Shown: positions 12,928 through 26,134, counted from the whole stretch's first letter. The stretch: 63,648 bases of DNA, filler included, from Octopus bimaculoides (GCF_001194135.2; 6 parts of 6 records of this genome joined end to end with filler, not necessarily neighbours in it), one strand, 5' to 3'. Program-made: numbers and translations. The notes: generated from the letters alone by a model not told the origin.

Positions 12928-14786
12928 AAAATATAACCGGTTTCGATGTATCCATCTTATCAAATATCAACAAGAATTTTTTAGGAAGTGAAAGAGAAAA
13001 AAAAAATTGAGGTTACCAGGTTGTAGAGCAAAGAAAATTTTCTTGTAGAGTCACTCCTTATATGTGCTTTGTCTATGTACATTTGGGGCGGGGTTCAAAA
13101 GTTCAGGAATTCTATTGAAAAGAAGTGTTTTTTAATTGATAGTTGGTTTCTATTCAGGATTTTGCAAGCTGTGTGTTTGTATGTGTTTGGAATATGTTGT
13201 CAAAACATTTTTCTTTTTTTTTTTTCCTTTTTCTGCAAAGGATTTAGAAAAAATAACTGTTTGTTTGTTTGTGTCTGTGTGTTGTTTTGTCTGTGTGAGC
13301 GTGTTTGTGTGTGTGTTGTTTCCGTTTATCGAAATATGTTTGGTGTATTGTGGTGGGTGTGTATATAAGTGTTTTGGCTTTATTTGATGTAGTATGTGTG
13401 TGTGTGACAGATCCTTAGTTGTTGATCGACAGTGGGTGTTTAGATATTTAGTTTTGGTCTAAATTTGTTAAAGGATTTGGTGTGTGTGTGTGTGTGTGTT
13501 TCTTTGATGTGTGTGTGTGTATTTACAGTGGTGCCGGTGTATGTTTGTTTTTTTTTCGAAGTATGCTTTGTAATTTGTGGTGTGTGGGATTATGTTGTGT
13601 GTATTTGGTGCTTTAGGAATGTTTTGTGTGTGTGTGTATTATTGTCGTGTGTGTGCGTGTGTGTGTATTATTGTCATGCGTGTGTGTGTTATTGTTGTGT
13701 TTGTGAGTGACAGGTCCTCATTTATCGATTAATGGTTGTTGCTTCAATATTTAGTTGTGGTTTATATTTCTTGAATAGTTTTTCTATGTTTATTCTGTTG
13801 TTGGGCAATATACATAGGTATATATATATATATNNNNNNNNNNNNNNNNNNNNNNNNNNNNNNNNNNNNNNNNNNNNNNNNNNNNNNNNNNNNNNNNNNN
13901 NNNNNNNNNNNNNNNNNNNNNNNNNNNNNNNNNNNNNNNNNNNNNNNNNNNNNNNNNNNNNNNNNNNNNNNNNNNNNNNNNNNNNNNNNNNNNNNNNNNN
14001 NNNNNNNNNNNNNNNNNNNNNNNNNNNNNNNNNNNNNNNNNNNNNNNNNNNNNNNNNNNNNNNNNNNNNNNNNNNNNNNNNNNNNNNNNNNNNNNNNNNN
14101 NNNNNNNNNNNNNNNNNNNNNNNNNNNNNNNNNNNNNNNNNNNNNNNNNNNNNNNNNNNNNNNNNNNNNNNNNNNNNNNNNNNNNNNNNNNNNNNNNNNN
14201 NNNNNNNATATATATATATATATACTGTGTATAATATATATATATTTGTTTGCGTGCGTGTGAGTATAAATGTGTATCTATCTATCGACACACACACACG
14301 CTCTATGTCTGTGTGTGTGCGTATGTACGTATGTATACATACGTGCTCACGCTCATATGCAATTACTAGATTGAAGCTATCTTAAATTGCCACCTCCAAA
14401 CCACCATCGTTCTTTCCCCCGCCACCCCACCCCCAACTAAACATCGGTCTTGTAGATCTGTGAACGCTGTTTGGACCCAATAATTCTATTTTTAATGATG
14501 CTTGTGTTATGTGACTGAGTTTCTTGTGTCTGTCTCGACTAATTCAGTGACTTTTCTTTTTATGATGGCAATTTTTAGCTGCGATGGCTATTTTTGCAAA
14601 AGGTACTGAGTAAAACGTGAATAAATGGGTGGCTTTGAAGTTTATCATAGCTTTGCATGCTTGGTTTGGTTTCGCTTTCATTGAAGTTATTGTGTATTGT
14701 TGAATAAAATTTTATTGTCATGTTTTGGCTGACAAAATGAATTTGAATTGTGTGTTTGAGTTAGGAGAGTATGGACTGGTAGTATT

Positions 14787-14988
14787 CTTTTCCACTCTAG
14801 GCACAAGTCCCGAAATTTTGGGGGAATATGGGGCCCGTTGATTAGATCGATAACAATACGCAACTGGTACTTAGCTTTTCATCTTTTCGGGGTCGATAAA
14901 TTAAGTCGACATCATCATAATTTGAACTCAGAACGTAAAAACAGGCAAACTACCCCTAAACATTTCGCCCGGCGTGCTAACATTTCTC
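14787..14988 (-). mobile_element. SINE-A, short-tail form
   Basis: Same core as the 12.2-kb units; GTAGTATT direct repeat at 14779-14786 and 14989-14996 (candidate TSD). Confidence 0.8.
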
Positions 14989-15009
14989 GTAGTATTAAGA
15001 ATCTCTGAA

Positions 15010-15480
15010 TCTTTTGCTGGCTCCTTCGACAACAGTCATGCTGGGGCACTAGCTTGAAGAATTTTAATCGCAAAATATGAGATCAGTAACTTATTTTAAA
15101 TCCTAGCATTTATTCTATCGACCGCTGTTACTGAACTACTAAGTTACGGTGACGTAAACACACCAACACCAATGTTGAAGCGTTGGTTGGAAACAACCAC
15201 ACACACTAAGATACACACATATGTAAATATATGTGTGTGTGTGTGTGTGTGTTTCTGTAAATATGTGTATGTATGTACATACAGATGGTTAAAGGCAAAC
15301 AAAATGACACACACACACATACATACATACACACTCACAAATGTATTCTATGTGGTGCTTGTAGTTTACCTCAAGAAAATCAATTCAAAAGGCTTTAGTT
15401 GGCCCGTGGCTATAGCAGAATAGTAGAAGACCCATGCACAATGTGCTACACAGTGGAATTGATCCGATATCATGTTTTTG
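15010..15480 (-). mobile_element. Diverged SINE-B with internal TG/CA microsatellite
   Basis: Matches the 39465-39857 family (CATGCTGGGGCAC, AAGTTACGG.GACGTAAACAC, GCTATAGCAGAA..GTAGAAGAC). Confidence 0.7.
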
Positions 15481-16686
15481 ACATGTCGGCCTTTCACAAT
15501 TGTGGTGATGCCTCCAAACTTATGATACTGGACACGCTTTTGTTGATGCGTAGACCTCAATAAGTTGGTGAGATCATTTTAGTAATTTACTTATGATCAG
15601 AATCCTTTCAATACCTATATTTGTTTTGGCCGAATTTCATGTCTACACCGAAAATGTGTACAAGCATTTTTCAAGCAAGTTTTTCGAACTTGTGACGTGA
15701 GGGAGGAAAATACAGAAGCAAAAGGAGAATTACGGTTATAATGGAATGGAAGGTTTGTGATACCTGTGGAGTATCTCCATCTCTAATTATAATTATTTTT
15801 GTAGTTTCAAAGATCTGGAACACGAAGTTCACAAGCGGAGCACAATTCAATAGCCGTTTATTTACAGCGTTCTCTTTCCTGTGGTTCGCTCTCAGTGTCC
15901 ATTGTTATGGCAGCGAGTGCTTTGTCTTAACTCCGTACACGTGAGACTCATTACCTCTGGAGATAAGCATGTGGAGTCAGAGCGGGACAAGAGTCCGCTG
16001 TGAGGTGCTGGCTACGCAGCGTTTCTCGGCGTAAGCGTGAGAAGAAATGAGAGTGAATGTCGTCGATTTTTGCTTAAATGCTGGTTGCCGGCGAGAATCT
16101 CGTTGTGTCTCGCGCATGGCAAAGGGTTTTAGGCGAGATCTCGTTCTTGTCTCGCGCATGGCAATGGCTACCGGCGAGATCTCGTTCAAAATGATGTTAG
16201 CTTCTTGTACCTCACTACACGGTGGTCTTACCTGTCTATCTGGAAGGGGTCACTCATAAGGTTCACGTACTCTGTCTGCCGCCGTACCGTCTAATAGGTC
16301 TACTCTCGTACGCTGTCCACTGCCAACTGGCAGCTTGCACCTCGCCGACCCCGCATGGCCACTGTGGCCCTTCCGATAGGACATGCGTACTCCCTCACTT
16401 CCGGTCCTTCCCTTTAACGCAGCCTGGCCCATAGCACCACAGAAATAACCTTTATTACTTATTCTACATCAGAATAAGTAATGTAGTAATAAATGCCTAC
16501 TTTCAAAAGGTATGCCATTTGAAACTATTTTCGGGAAATGAGAATAATTTTACAATATATGGGTTATTGAAGCTGCTAGTTTAAAAGCACGCTTTCAGTG
16601 TTTGTTTAGTAGTTTATGCTTTATCGAAATATTCGGCGGTCTATATCTTGGTATTTCCTTGTTTCTTTGTTGTCACTTCTGTTTCT

Positions 16687-16911
16687 TTACTGCCCACAAG
16701 GGGTTACACACAGAGGGGACAAACAAGGACAGACAAACGGATTAAGTCGATTACATCGACCCCAGTGCGTAACTGGTACTTAATTTATGAACCCCGAAAG
16801 GATGAAAGGCAAAGTCAACCTCGGCGGAATTTGAACTCAGAACGTAAAGACAGACGAAATACTGCTAAGCATTTCGCCCGGTGTGCTAACGTTTCTGCCA
16901 GCTCGTCACTT
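16687..16911 (-). mobile_element. SINE-A, long-tail form
   Basis: Full head and core, tail TCCGTTTGTCTGTCCTTGTTTGTCCCCTCTGTGTGTAACCCCTTGTGGGCAGTAAAGAAA; 15-bp direct repeat GTCACTTCTGTTTCT at 16672-16686 and 16905-16919. Confidence 0.85.
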
Positions 16912-17696
16912 CTGTTTCTGTTGAACTCTGGGACAATATTCTACAAAAAAGTATTTGTGTTCAAACGGTTCCACCGATGACACTTGTACCTTTCTGCAGC
17001 CATAAGACTACACCATCTAATTTCATGGTGCTTGTGATGTTACTTATTGGGTCTGTGTGTACGTTGGTTTGGTTTGGTTTTGGTTGCGTGACAGTGAGTT
17101 TGGTTCCTTTCGTGTGTAATTCTGGGAAGATGTGTATGGATGTGGTTTCGGTTCGATGTACATGTGTGTGTTAGTGCTCGACTATATTTTATGCTTTAAA
17201 TGCTTTCACTTTTCGCTCTCCTTGTGGAATGTATTTTATTATGCATCACTCGGTGAGTAGGTGCATATAATACACTCTATTCGAGAGTGGATTATCGCTA
17301 CGAATTGACGAAGATAAACAGTCTATTTTTATTGTGTGTGTGTCATTCAAATTCTAATAAAATCGTGGTTGTCAAAGTTGTATGACAGGTTTTAGAAGCA
17401 GCATCCATAACAGACAACTCGACTCCATCCAATGGAGAAGGAAACAAAATCGAAAAACGTCTAAAATTAAGAAGATAAAAAGAACAGAATGTATAATGAT
17501 TGATAGGTTTTAAAAATAACTGCTGTATTTCAAATGATTAAGGGCGCCCGGTGCATTTTCAGACACACATATTTTATTATCAAGAAGGCTGAGAAAGTAA
17601 ACAGTTTGGTAAAAGAATTTAGTATCTTTCGCTTTATATATGTATTAAATATGTAATTATAAATACATATATAACGATGTGTACACACACACACAC

Positions 17697-17806
<110 letters not shown>

Positions 17807-18213
17807 TTCTTAGTGTTTACACGCACACACCCATATATGTGTGCATACATGCATAAACTCAACCTGGTATACTGATAAAACCGCCATTGACATAAACAGT
17901 AAAACATACACACAGTCGAACGAGAAAATATGTCAAACGAGCAAATTCGTGCACCCCTACACATATTGACTCACGTTTACACATATACGTACATATGTGT
18001 ATGCATGTATATATATATATATTTATATTTATATATGCAGAGTCATTTCAAATAAACTATCAAAAAATAGTGAAAAAAAAGGACGTGCACAAGAATAATT
18101 AAAATTTGACGCTCTGCGAAGGGAGAGAATCGTTGCTAACGCTTCGTGCATAGCACTTCGACGGAAACAGGGAAGATGAAAGAGAAATAAAAATCGCCAA
18201 CACGTGCGGTGTG

Positions 18214-18251
<38 letters not shown>

Positions 18252-18880
18252 AAACTACTCAGGCATAGAAACATACGAAAAGAACCACAATTCCATAACC
18301 GCACTAAAATTTTGACAACGAATGCTTGATTGAAGAACAAGGCACTTTGACGTTTCGGAACAGCTGGTGTTTCATCACTGATATGAAGAAACGAACATTG
18401 AAAAAGCAAAATGAAACAAATAAAAAAAACGAATGTTTAATTGTATGGTTATGTCTGAAATTGCATGTGTGAGTGCGTTTGTGTGCGCCAAATATCGTTT
18501 GTGTAGGCGTACATTTGCTATGGTCTGTTTTGTTTTGCTTGTGACTGTGGACAAAATCATATTTACATTTGTCTATATGATTGCTGTATGACCTGAGTGG
18601 GGGTCTCATCTGTATGAGGGCTGGATGTTTACAGAAATTGTGTATCAACACAGACGTATATATATATATGTCTGTGTGTGTGTTATATTTCTGAAAATGC
18701 CCCTGCTGTGGTGTTTGCAACAGGAGCAACCTCAGAATTAGGATCAGCCATTACAGCAAGAAAGAAATATAGGCAGCAGACTGGTTGCTATTGCAACACC
18801 ATTCTGCGCATGTCATCTTCCTCCTTCCTCCACTTCTTCCTTACACCACGCAATGCTTCACTAAATCCACTTCATTTTAA

Positions 18881-18966
<86 letters not shown>

Positions 18967-19099
18967 GATACAGAGGGAGAAAGCGAGAGAGACAGAGACA
19001 TAGATACACGCATTAGGATCACTTACGCAAATGCGCATTTGTAAGGTATAAAATTGTCCCGCTTGACCCTTGCACTTCTAGCGGAGTCCCCTGTTTCAT

Positions 19100-19250
19100 C
19101 TTCTTTCGGTGATCTCGGCCTGAGACACGCCTCGTCCTTTTTCTCATTATCTTTAACTGTCTGTGTCTATTCCTCCTGTAACAGAACGTATGCTCGAAAC
19201 GTAAAATACCTCTGAGTCTGTTTTTCCTAAGCATAAATCTAATACACCAT
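19100..19250 (+). mobile_element. Penelope-like terminal fragment, decayed hammerhead-like motif
   Basis: CTGTAACAGAACGTATGCTCGAAACGTAAAA at 19176-19206 resembles the 6.6-kb, 35.8-kb and 63.4-kb motifs. Confidence 0.4.
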
Positions 19251-19312
19251 TTGATCTTTTTTAACCAAATCTCCGTTTTCTTTTCCACCACACACATACA
19301 CATATAGATAAT

Positions 19313-19373
<61 letters not shown>

Positions 19374-19810
19374 CTTAATTTTATTCGTCCGTATTCGAAA
19401 GACATCTGTTGTCATGTCCTGTTATTATTCTTACTGTATTTGTGTAGTATCGTTCGTTTTTTTCCGTCCTCGTTTTTGTATATATTCGCTGCTTTTCTCC
19501 AAGGAATCTAATGCTCTTAGCTTAGTTTTTCCTTGGGGCTGGCCAGATTGGAGCAATATCGAGAATAACCAGCCGAAATTGCAAGGATAATCTGGATCTC
19601 GACTGAAGAAAGAAAACTCCGAATGACCTGTCCTTGTTTTCTCTGTATCGTCTGTCTGTATGTTTTGTCCCTTTCTTGTATCACCTAACTGTCTGGATGT
19701 TTTGCGTTCTTGTCCTATTCTGTATTATCCATATACATACAGTGTATTTGTATGGAATTAATAAATAAAAATTGTAAGTCAAATGTTAATCAAACTTCTC
19801 CATTTACTGT

Positions 19811-19866
<56 letters not shown>

Positions 19867-21254
19867 TGTGTGTGTGAGTGTATTTCTAGAAATAGTGTCT
19901 GCAAGGCAGGCAGAAATAAAATAAATATGATATGCCAGTTTTGGCCTATTTTTAAAGAACGCATCAGTGGTGGCCTGGCAGAATGGCATTTAATCTTGTG
20001 CATACAAAGCAAGACAACGCTGATATTGATTGCAATTTTTTGTTTGGAATGTACAATGCATTTAATTTATAACCAACGACGTAAACATAATACATAATGA
20101 TTCCAAATACATTCATATCCATGCCACACATATAGTTATAATATTTATATAATGTTTAGTAACGGAAACCGCTTGGAAATGTATGGTAAATATATAGATA
20201 AATATAGTATTAAAAATTCCATGAAAAAAGCTTGTCACAAATACAGATATAATACCTTGTAATTATGACACATTGAAATACTGACGCCTCATAGAAAAAT
20301 AACATATAGTAGTTCGGACGGTATTTGAATATAATCATTTTATATCCAGCATGCTTATTCTATAAAACGTAGGCAGCAATGAAAGACTCCCATTACCCTA
20401 GTCTATGCCATTCTGTTTAACATGTTTGCTGATTGCTAATTGTTATTCTATATATTTTTCCTTTTATTTATCATAAATAGTTGTCACGATTTTAAAATCG
20501 TCAGCATCTTCTAGATGCTTTCACAGTTATCTCAGTTCTATATCTTATTCCACATTCAGTTACTAGCTTATCATATTGGCCACAATTTTGTTGATTATTT
20601 CTCCGTTTTGACTGCTCGAACCTCGCTTATACATGTCACCTTATTTCTCGTTAATACATATTTTTTTTGCGCCGCTCCAAACGCGACACTCGCTTTTTCT
20701 TTCACCATACCAGTATACATCATTAGTTCTACCAGAGATTAAGCCTGTAACAAGAAAAAATATAAACAATGCACTGAATGTCTCTACCACATCTTATAAA
20801 CTGAAATAATTTTATGTTTAAGCTTTAAATATTAATATATTTAAAATCGCTGCCTCTCACTCTCCCTCTCTATCAATACATATGTATATAAATTGATAAA
20901 TATATAAACACGGACAAAGAGACTCGCTCCACACGCCCAACCACACATATATATATATATATGTATATATATANNNNNNNNNNNNNNNNNNNNNNNNNNN
21001 NNNNNNNNNNNNNNNNNNNNNNNNNNNNNNNNNNNNNNNNNNNNNNNNNNNNNNNNNNNNNNNNNNNNNNNNNNNNNNNNNNNNNNNNNNNNNNNNNNNN
21101 NNNNNNNNNNNNNNNNNNNNNNNNNNNNNNNNNNNNNNNNNNNNNNNNNNNNNNNNNNNNNNNNNNNNNNNNNNNNNNNNNNNNNNNNNNNNNNNNNNNN
21201 NNNNNNNNNNNNNNNNNNNNNNNNNNNNNNNNNNNNNNNNNNNNNNNNNNNNNN

Positions 21255-21705
21255 TTCTCCCATTTCTCCCATTTCTCCCGTCGTTCTTGACAGGCTTCGA
21301 TGCGATGTTCTTTCTGCTCAATGGTCAGCAGGCGCGGGACAAACATGGCAGAGACACGCTGTAAGTTCAATTAAGACGTTAAAATTACTTGCACAGACCC
21401 ATACGATAAACAAAAACAAAAAAAAAAACATCAGCGATGTTTTGTGTGACACGGGCGCTTCACAAGCGAATTAACGTCTCTGACAGACGATGAGAGACCT
21501 GGAAGACCTGTCACGAGAGTCACCCCCGGAAATGTGGGGAAAAGTCATCAGCTTGTACATGAGGATTGTGGAAGGACGACGAAATTGTGCATTCAAACCG
21601 CTTGGAGACTCTCTATTTGTGACTCCTCTCCGTTGCCTCAGCATTCCAGTTCATATTTAAAGAACAAACGACGTGATAAAACGTGGCAACGTCCAGCCTA
21701 GCTGT
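21255..21705 (-). mobile_element. Mariner-type (Tc1/mariner) transposon fossil with an internally inverted segment
   Basis: Minus 21409-21275: LSYGSVQVILTS*LNLQRVSAMFVPRLLTIEQKEHRIEACQE. Plus 21435-21583: RCFV*HGRFTSELTSLTDDERPGRPVTRVTPGNVGKSHQLVHED. Both match the mariner N-terminal HTH region (DD.RSGRP; V.AKFVPRLLT). Confidence 0.8.
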
Positions 21706-22184
21706 TAATAAGTGTCAGTGCAGACAAACACACGTACACAGACGCACGTATGTATATGTGTGTATATTTGTTTATATATACAAAAGTGTGTGTGTGTATG
21801 TATATATATATATATATATATAGATATGCAGGGCAGGGAATCATCAATTAGTAATAAAATTAATAATTAACAATTTCTGCCGGGTAGCTCAGTATGAAAA
21901 AAACCTTCTTCGGTAAATAATTTATAATCATAAATATATAGGGATTGACAGTAACCTGCTTCTCCAACATACTGAGAATTCAGAAATAGCAGTCAAAGAA
22001 CTACTGATTTCAAAACTACAAATTATTACTCCAGATTGATAGCGATATTTTTGATACACACAGAACAAAAAACAATAGAGAAGAGTAAAAAACACTTGCC
22101 TTTTAGTTAATTTAGTACAATTGTTTCACAGTTAAGAGTANNNNNNNNNNNNNNNNNNNNNNNNNNNNNNNNNNNNNNNNNNNN

Positions 22185-22196
22185 TTAATTAATTAA
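22185..22196. other. Artificial scaffold linker TTAATTAATTAA
   Basis: Exactly 44 N + TTAATTAATTAA + 44 N (100 bp). The same cassette occurs five times in the window. Confidence 0.95.
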
Positions 22197-22240
22197 NNNN
22201 NNNNNNNNNNNNNNNNNNNNNNNNNNNNNNNNNNNNNNNN

Positions 22241-22341
<101 letters not shown>

Positions 22342-22359
22342 GTAAGTATATATGTATGT

Positions 22360-22519
22360 TTAAACTGACCAGATTCAATCTATCACACAAACTCTACAAT
22401 GTCATTTTAAAAGCAAGCAATCACATCATTGAAATTGAGATAATGCATGATTGAATTCAAGGCAATGTGAACAAATATGTGTTACATTTGAGCGAGTAAT
22501 CTGAATGCTAAAGAGTTAA
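22360..22519 (-). mobile_element. piggyBac-like MITE, one end truncated
   Basis: Reverse-orientation homologue of the 29084-29312 unit; ends CTGAATGCTAAAGAG-TTAA. Confidence 0.65.
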
Positions 22520-23399
22520 ACAACGTGTGAACTGAGATTCTTCCAGTTCATAAGTTTGGACTAGTATTCTACTTTATCAACCCCAAGAGGGTCAAAATGC
22601 AAGTCAACATTGGTCAGATTTGAACTCAGAGCTCAAAAAACTAGAACAAATACCATAGAAAAATGTTGTTCTCTACAGTAATAACTCTGCAAATTTGATA
22701 CCTGGAGCTTGCTGAAAAAAAAAAAAAAACAAAAAAAAAAAACAACCCCCAAAAAAAAAAAGAATTTGAAACCTGAGATGTCCAAGTCATGTGATTTTTT
22801 TTCAGTATTTTTATTTCATTGTATAAGTATTCTGTGGGTGTGGTCTGTATGTACCCTGTGATAATATAAATCATACTATTTTGTGTCCATCATAGTTTTT
22901 TGTGGTTTGTTGCTGAGAAATTGGGAATCCAGACAGAAAGGGCATATTTCATATATTATTTGTTGACTAATTAATGTTGTTGATATAAATATGATTTATG
23001 GCTTATTAACCTTGTTCTTTAGAGGATTAATGTTATTTTTCCAATTAATATTTACATATATATTCTTTTTGAAAATATTTACTTCAAATAAAATAAAAGG
23101 AAAAGAAAAGAAAAGAATGTTTTCATCTCCCCAAAATGAGGTTAATAGTCTAATAAATTATGTTTTTAACATAGGTACAAGGTTAGAAATTTGGATAGTA
23201 GTGGGTGGGTGGGACTTTAGTCTGTGAAATCCACTCCATTATTTGACTTGTACATAGTTTACTGCCCCTGAAAGGATGAAAGGTAAATTTGATTTAGGTG
23301 AGATTTGAAACCTAGAACATAAATGATCTTTATTTTCTCTTGTTTGAGTCCTAAGACTCTTAGGGCCAATTACCTGGTTTCCACAATGTGTAAGTGATT

Positions 23400-23590
23400 G
23401 AGATCAAAACATTACCTCCCTGGATGGGACACTAGTCCATTGTGGGGTTACTGTATTTACAGCCTAGTGGACTGCAGCAATGTGAAATGAAGTGTTTTGC
23501 TCGAGAGCTCAACACACTGTCTGATCTGAGAATTGATACCACAATCGTGTAATTATGTGTGCAATGCCCTAACCACCAGGCCATTTGCCT
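23400..23590 (-). mobile_element. SINE-C (third tRNA-headed family), diverged
   Basis: Homologous to 52480-52682 (G.ACTG.AGCA.TGTGAAATG, CCTAACCAC.AGGCCAT); tRNA-like head on the minus strand. Confidence 0.55.
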
Positions 23591-23644
23591 TCACATAGTA
23601 CAAACGATGATGATGATGATATATATATATATATGTATATATAT

Positions 23645-24246
23645 TCTTTTATTCTTTTATTTGTTTCAGTCATTTGACTGTGACCATGCTGGAGCACTGC
23701 CTTTGGTCGAACAAATCAACTCCAGGGCTTATTCTTTGTAAGCCTAGTGATTATTCTATTGATATCTTTTGCTGAACTGCTAAGTTACGGGGGATGTAAA
23801 AACACCAACATTGGTTGTCAAACAATGGGGTGGGGGTGGAGACAAACACAGACACACAAATATANNNNNNNNNNNNNNNNNNNNNNNNNNNNNNNNNNNN
23901 NNNNNNNNNNNNNNNNNNNNNNNNNNNNNNNNNNNNNNNNNNNNNNNNNNNNNNNNNNNNNNNNNNNNNNNNNNNNNNNNNNNNNNNNNNNNNNNNNNNN
24001 NNNNNNNNNNNNNNNNNNNNNNNNNNNNNNNNNNNNNNNNNNNNNNNNNNNNNNNNNNNNNNNNNNNNNNNNNNNNNNNNNNNNNNNNNNNNNNNNNNNN
24101 NNNNATATATGACAGGCTTCTTTCAGTTTCTGTCTACCAAATCCACTCATAAGGCTTTGGTTGGCCTGAGGCCATAGTAGAAGACACTTGCTCAAGGTGT
24201 CACACAGTGGGACTGAACCCGGAGCCACACAGCCATCCCGGCACCT
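23645..24246 (-). mobile_element. SINE-B (gapped, with internal deletion)
   Basis: Reverse complement of the 39465-39857 family; head abuts (TA)n. Confidence 0.8.
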
Positions 24247-24921
24247 ATATATATATATATATATATATACTTACATCCGTTATCTCACCAAGGGAATGCT
24301 GCATATCTGAAATTTAAAACTTTTTGTTCAATAGTTCCTTATTTTTATTAGTCTTAGCTTAATAATAAATTCTTTTTAACGGGTGAAAAGCTATATTTTG
24401 TAAGTCTTTATTCATTTATTTATTTAATTACTCTATCTATTTTATTTTATTTTATTCTTGATTTTATTTAAAAATTTTTATGTACCCTACCATTAAGTTA
24501 ATATATTTTATAAGTCTTTTAACCTTTTTGATATTTACAATAAGTAACAGATTACCTAAAACGACTTCCACCTTAATTAAATATTAATAATAACTATACA
24601 TACTTTACATACTAATTTTCTATTGCTTTAATATGGATGGACATAATATCACAATATATGACATTTATACCAATATATCTACTTGAGCTTTCTTTTACTA
24701 AACACCCTAGAAGAATACATTGATCTATTCTTTCTTTACAATTCCAATATACATTACCTTGCTCCCCTTTCTAAGGTCTATACAATGTTTTATACTATGT
24801 TCTTTATGCATAAATTTCATCAGTTAACAGTTTTCAGCCATTTACTCAACAAGCAGGAATTGAACACCTATTTTGTATATCTTAAACTACCTCTGATGCC
24901 AGTATGGAAGACAATTGTTAA

Positions 24922-24928
24922 ATGATGC

Positions 24929-24966
<38 letters not shown>

Positions 24967-25012
24967 GTGGTGATGATGATGATGGTGATGATGATGATGA
25001 TGATGGTGATGG

Positions 25013-25046
<34 letters not shown>
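24922..25046. repeat. (GAT)n/(GGT)n trinucleotide microsatellite
   Basis: Direct reading; source of the spurious poly-His and poly-Ser ORFs. Confidence 0.95.
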
Positions 25047-25682
25047 ATATAAAACTTAGCACTGTTTTGAGTCATCAGAGTCACAAGACCGTTGACATGC
25101 TTTCTGTGGCTTATAAGCGACTAACATCACAACATTCCCCCTGAACAGAACATGGGTCTGTTGCAGGCCAGCAACATTGAGAGAAGGGGGGACAAGTCAA
25201 TTACATCAACCCTAGTACATGACCGGTACTTTATTTCATAAACTCTGAATTGAAGAAGAGCAAAATTAACCCTCAATGAAATTTGGACTCAGAACATAAA
25301 AAGCCAAAAGAAACTCTACTTAGTATTTTGTCTGACACACTAACGATTCTGACATTCTAACGATTTCAGAACATAAAAGGCTGGTAAAAAAATATTTCAA
25401 GGAATTTCTTAAGACATTCAAACAATTCTGAGAACCCTAGTCCGATAAATTATGTTTCTAACAACCAATCAACTCGGTCATTTAAACACTTTTTATTTAA
25501 CCAATGTTGCTATGTTTTTTTTTGATGGTAAAATGTGGAACTCCATCTTCTGTGATTGCTGAATAGTATGCAGGTTTAGGGGTATGAATAGGTAAAGGTC
25601 CTGTAAGTAAGTCGAGTAAGGTTATGAAATGAGTAGGGGACAAACAAATAATATACAGTTCGACAGGTGTTATCTGATTTCT

Positions 25683-26134
25683 TATTTCTTTATTGCCCAC
25701 AAGGGGCTAAACATAGAGGGGAGAAACAAGGACAGACAAAGGGACATCGACCCCAGTACTTGACTGGTTCTTAATTTATCGGCACCGAAAGGATGAAAGG
25801 CAAAGTCGACCTTGGTGGATTTTGAACTCAGAACATAGCAGCAGACGAAATACCGCTAAGCATTTCGCCCGGCATGCTAACGTTTCTGCCAGCTCACCGC
25901 TTTTTAAATACCATATATTATTCCTTTCTACTCTAGGCACAATACCCGAAATTTAAGGGGAGGGGCCAGGCGATTAGATCGACCCCAGTACACAACTGGT
26001 ACTTAATTTATTGACCCCGAAAAGATGAAAGGCAAAGTCGACCTCAGTGGAATTTGAACTCAGAACGTAAAGACAGACGAAATACCACTAAGCATTTCGC
26101 CTGGCGTGCTAATGTTTCTGTCAGCTTGTCGCCT
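25683..26134 (-). mobile_element. SINE-A dimer (short-tail unit followed by long-tail unit)
   Basis: Units ~25683-25902 and 25919-26134; TTATCTGATTTCT direct repeat at 25670-25682 and 26138-26150. Confidence 0.85.

Noticed and set aside
18678-18880. ORF segment VVFATGATSELGSAIT resembling an SDR TGxxxGxG motif
   Set aside because: The middle glycine is replaced by E, downstream SDR motifs are absent and the ORF runs into microsatellite.
19598-19640. CTGAAGA...CTCCGAAT hammerhead-like string
   Set aside because: GAAT instead of GAAA, and no stem I or stem III pairing can be drawn.
19407-19741. Solo LTR (TGT...ACA)
   Set aside because: No target-site duplication at the putative ends and no second copy in the window; left unclassified.
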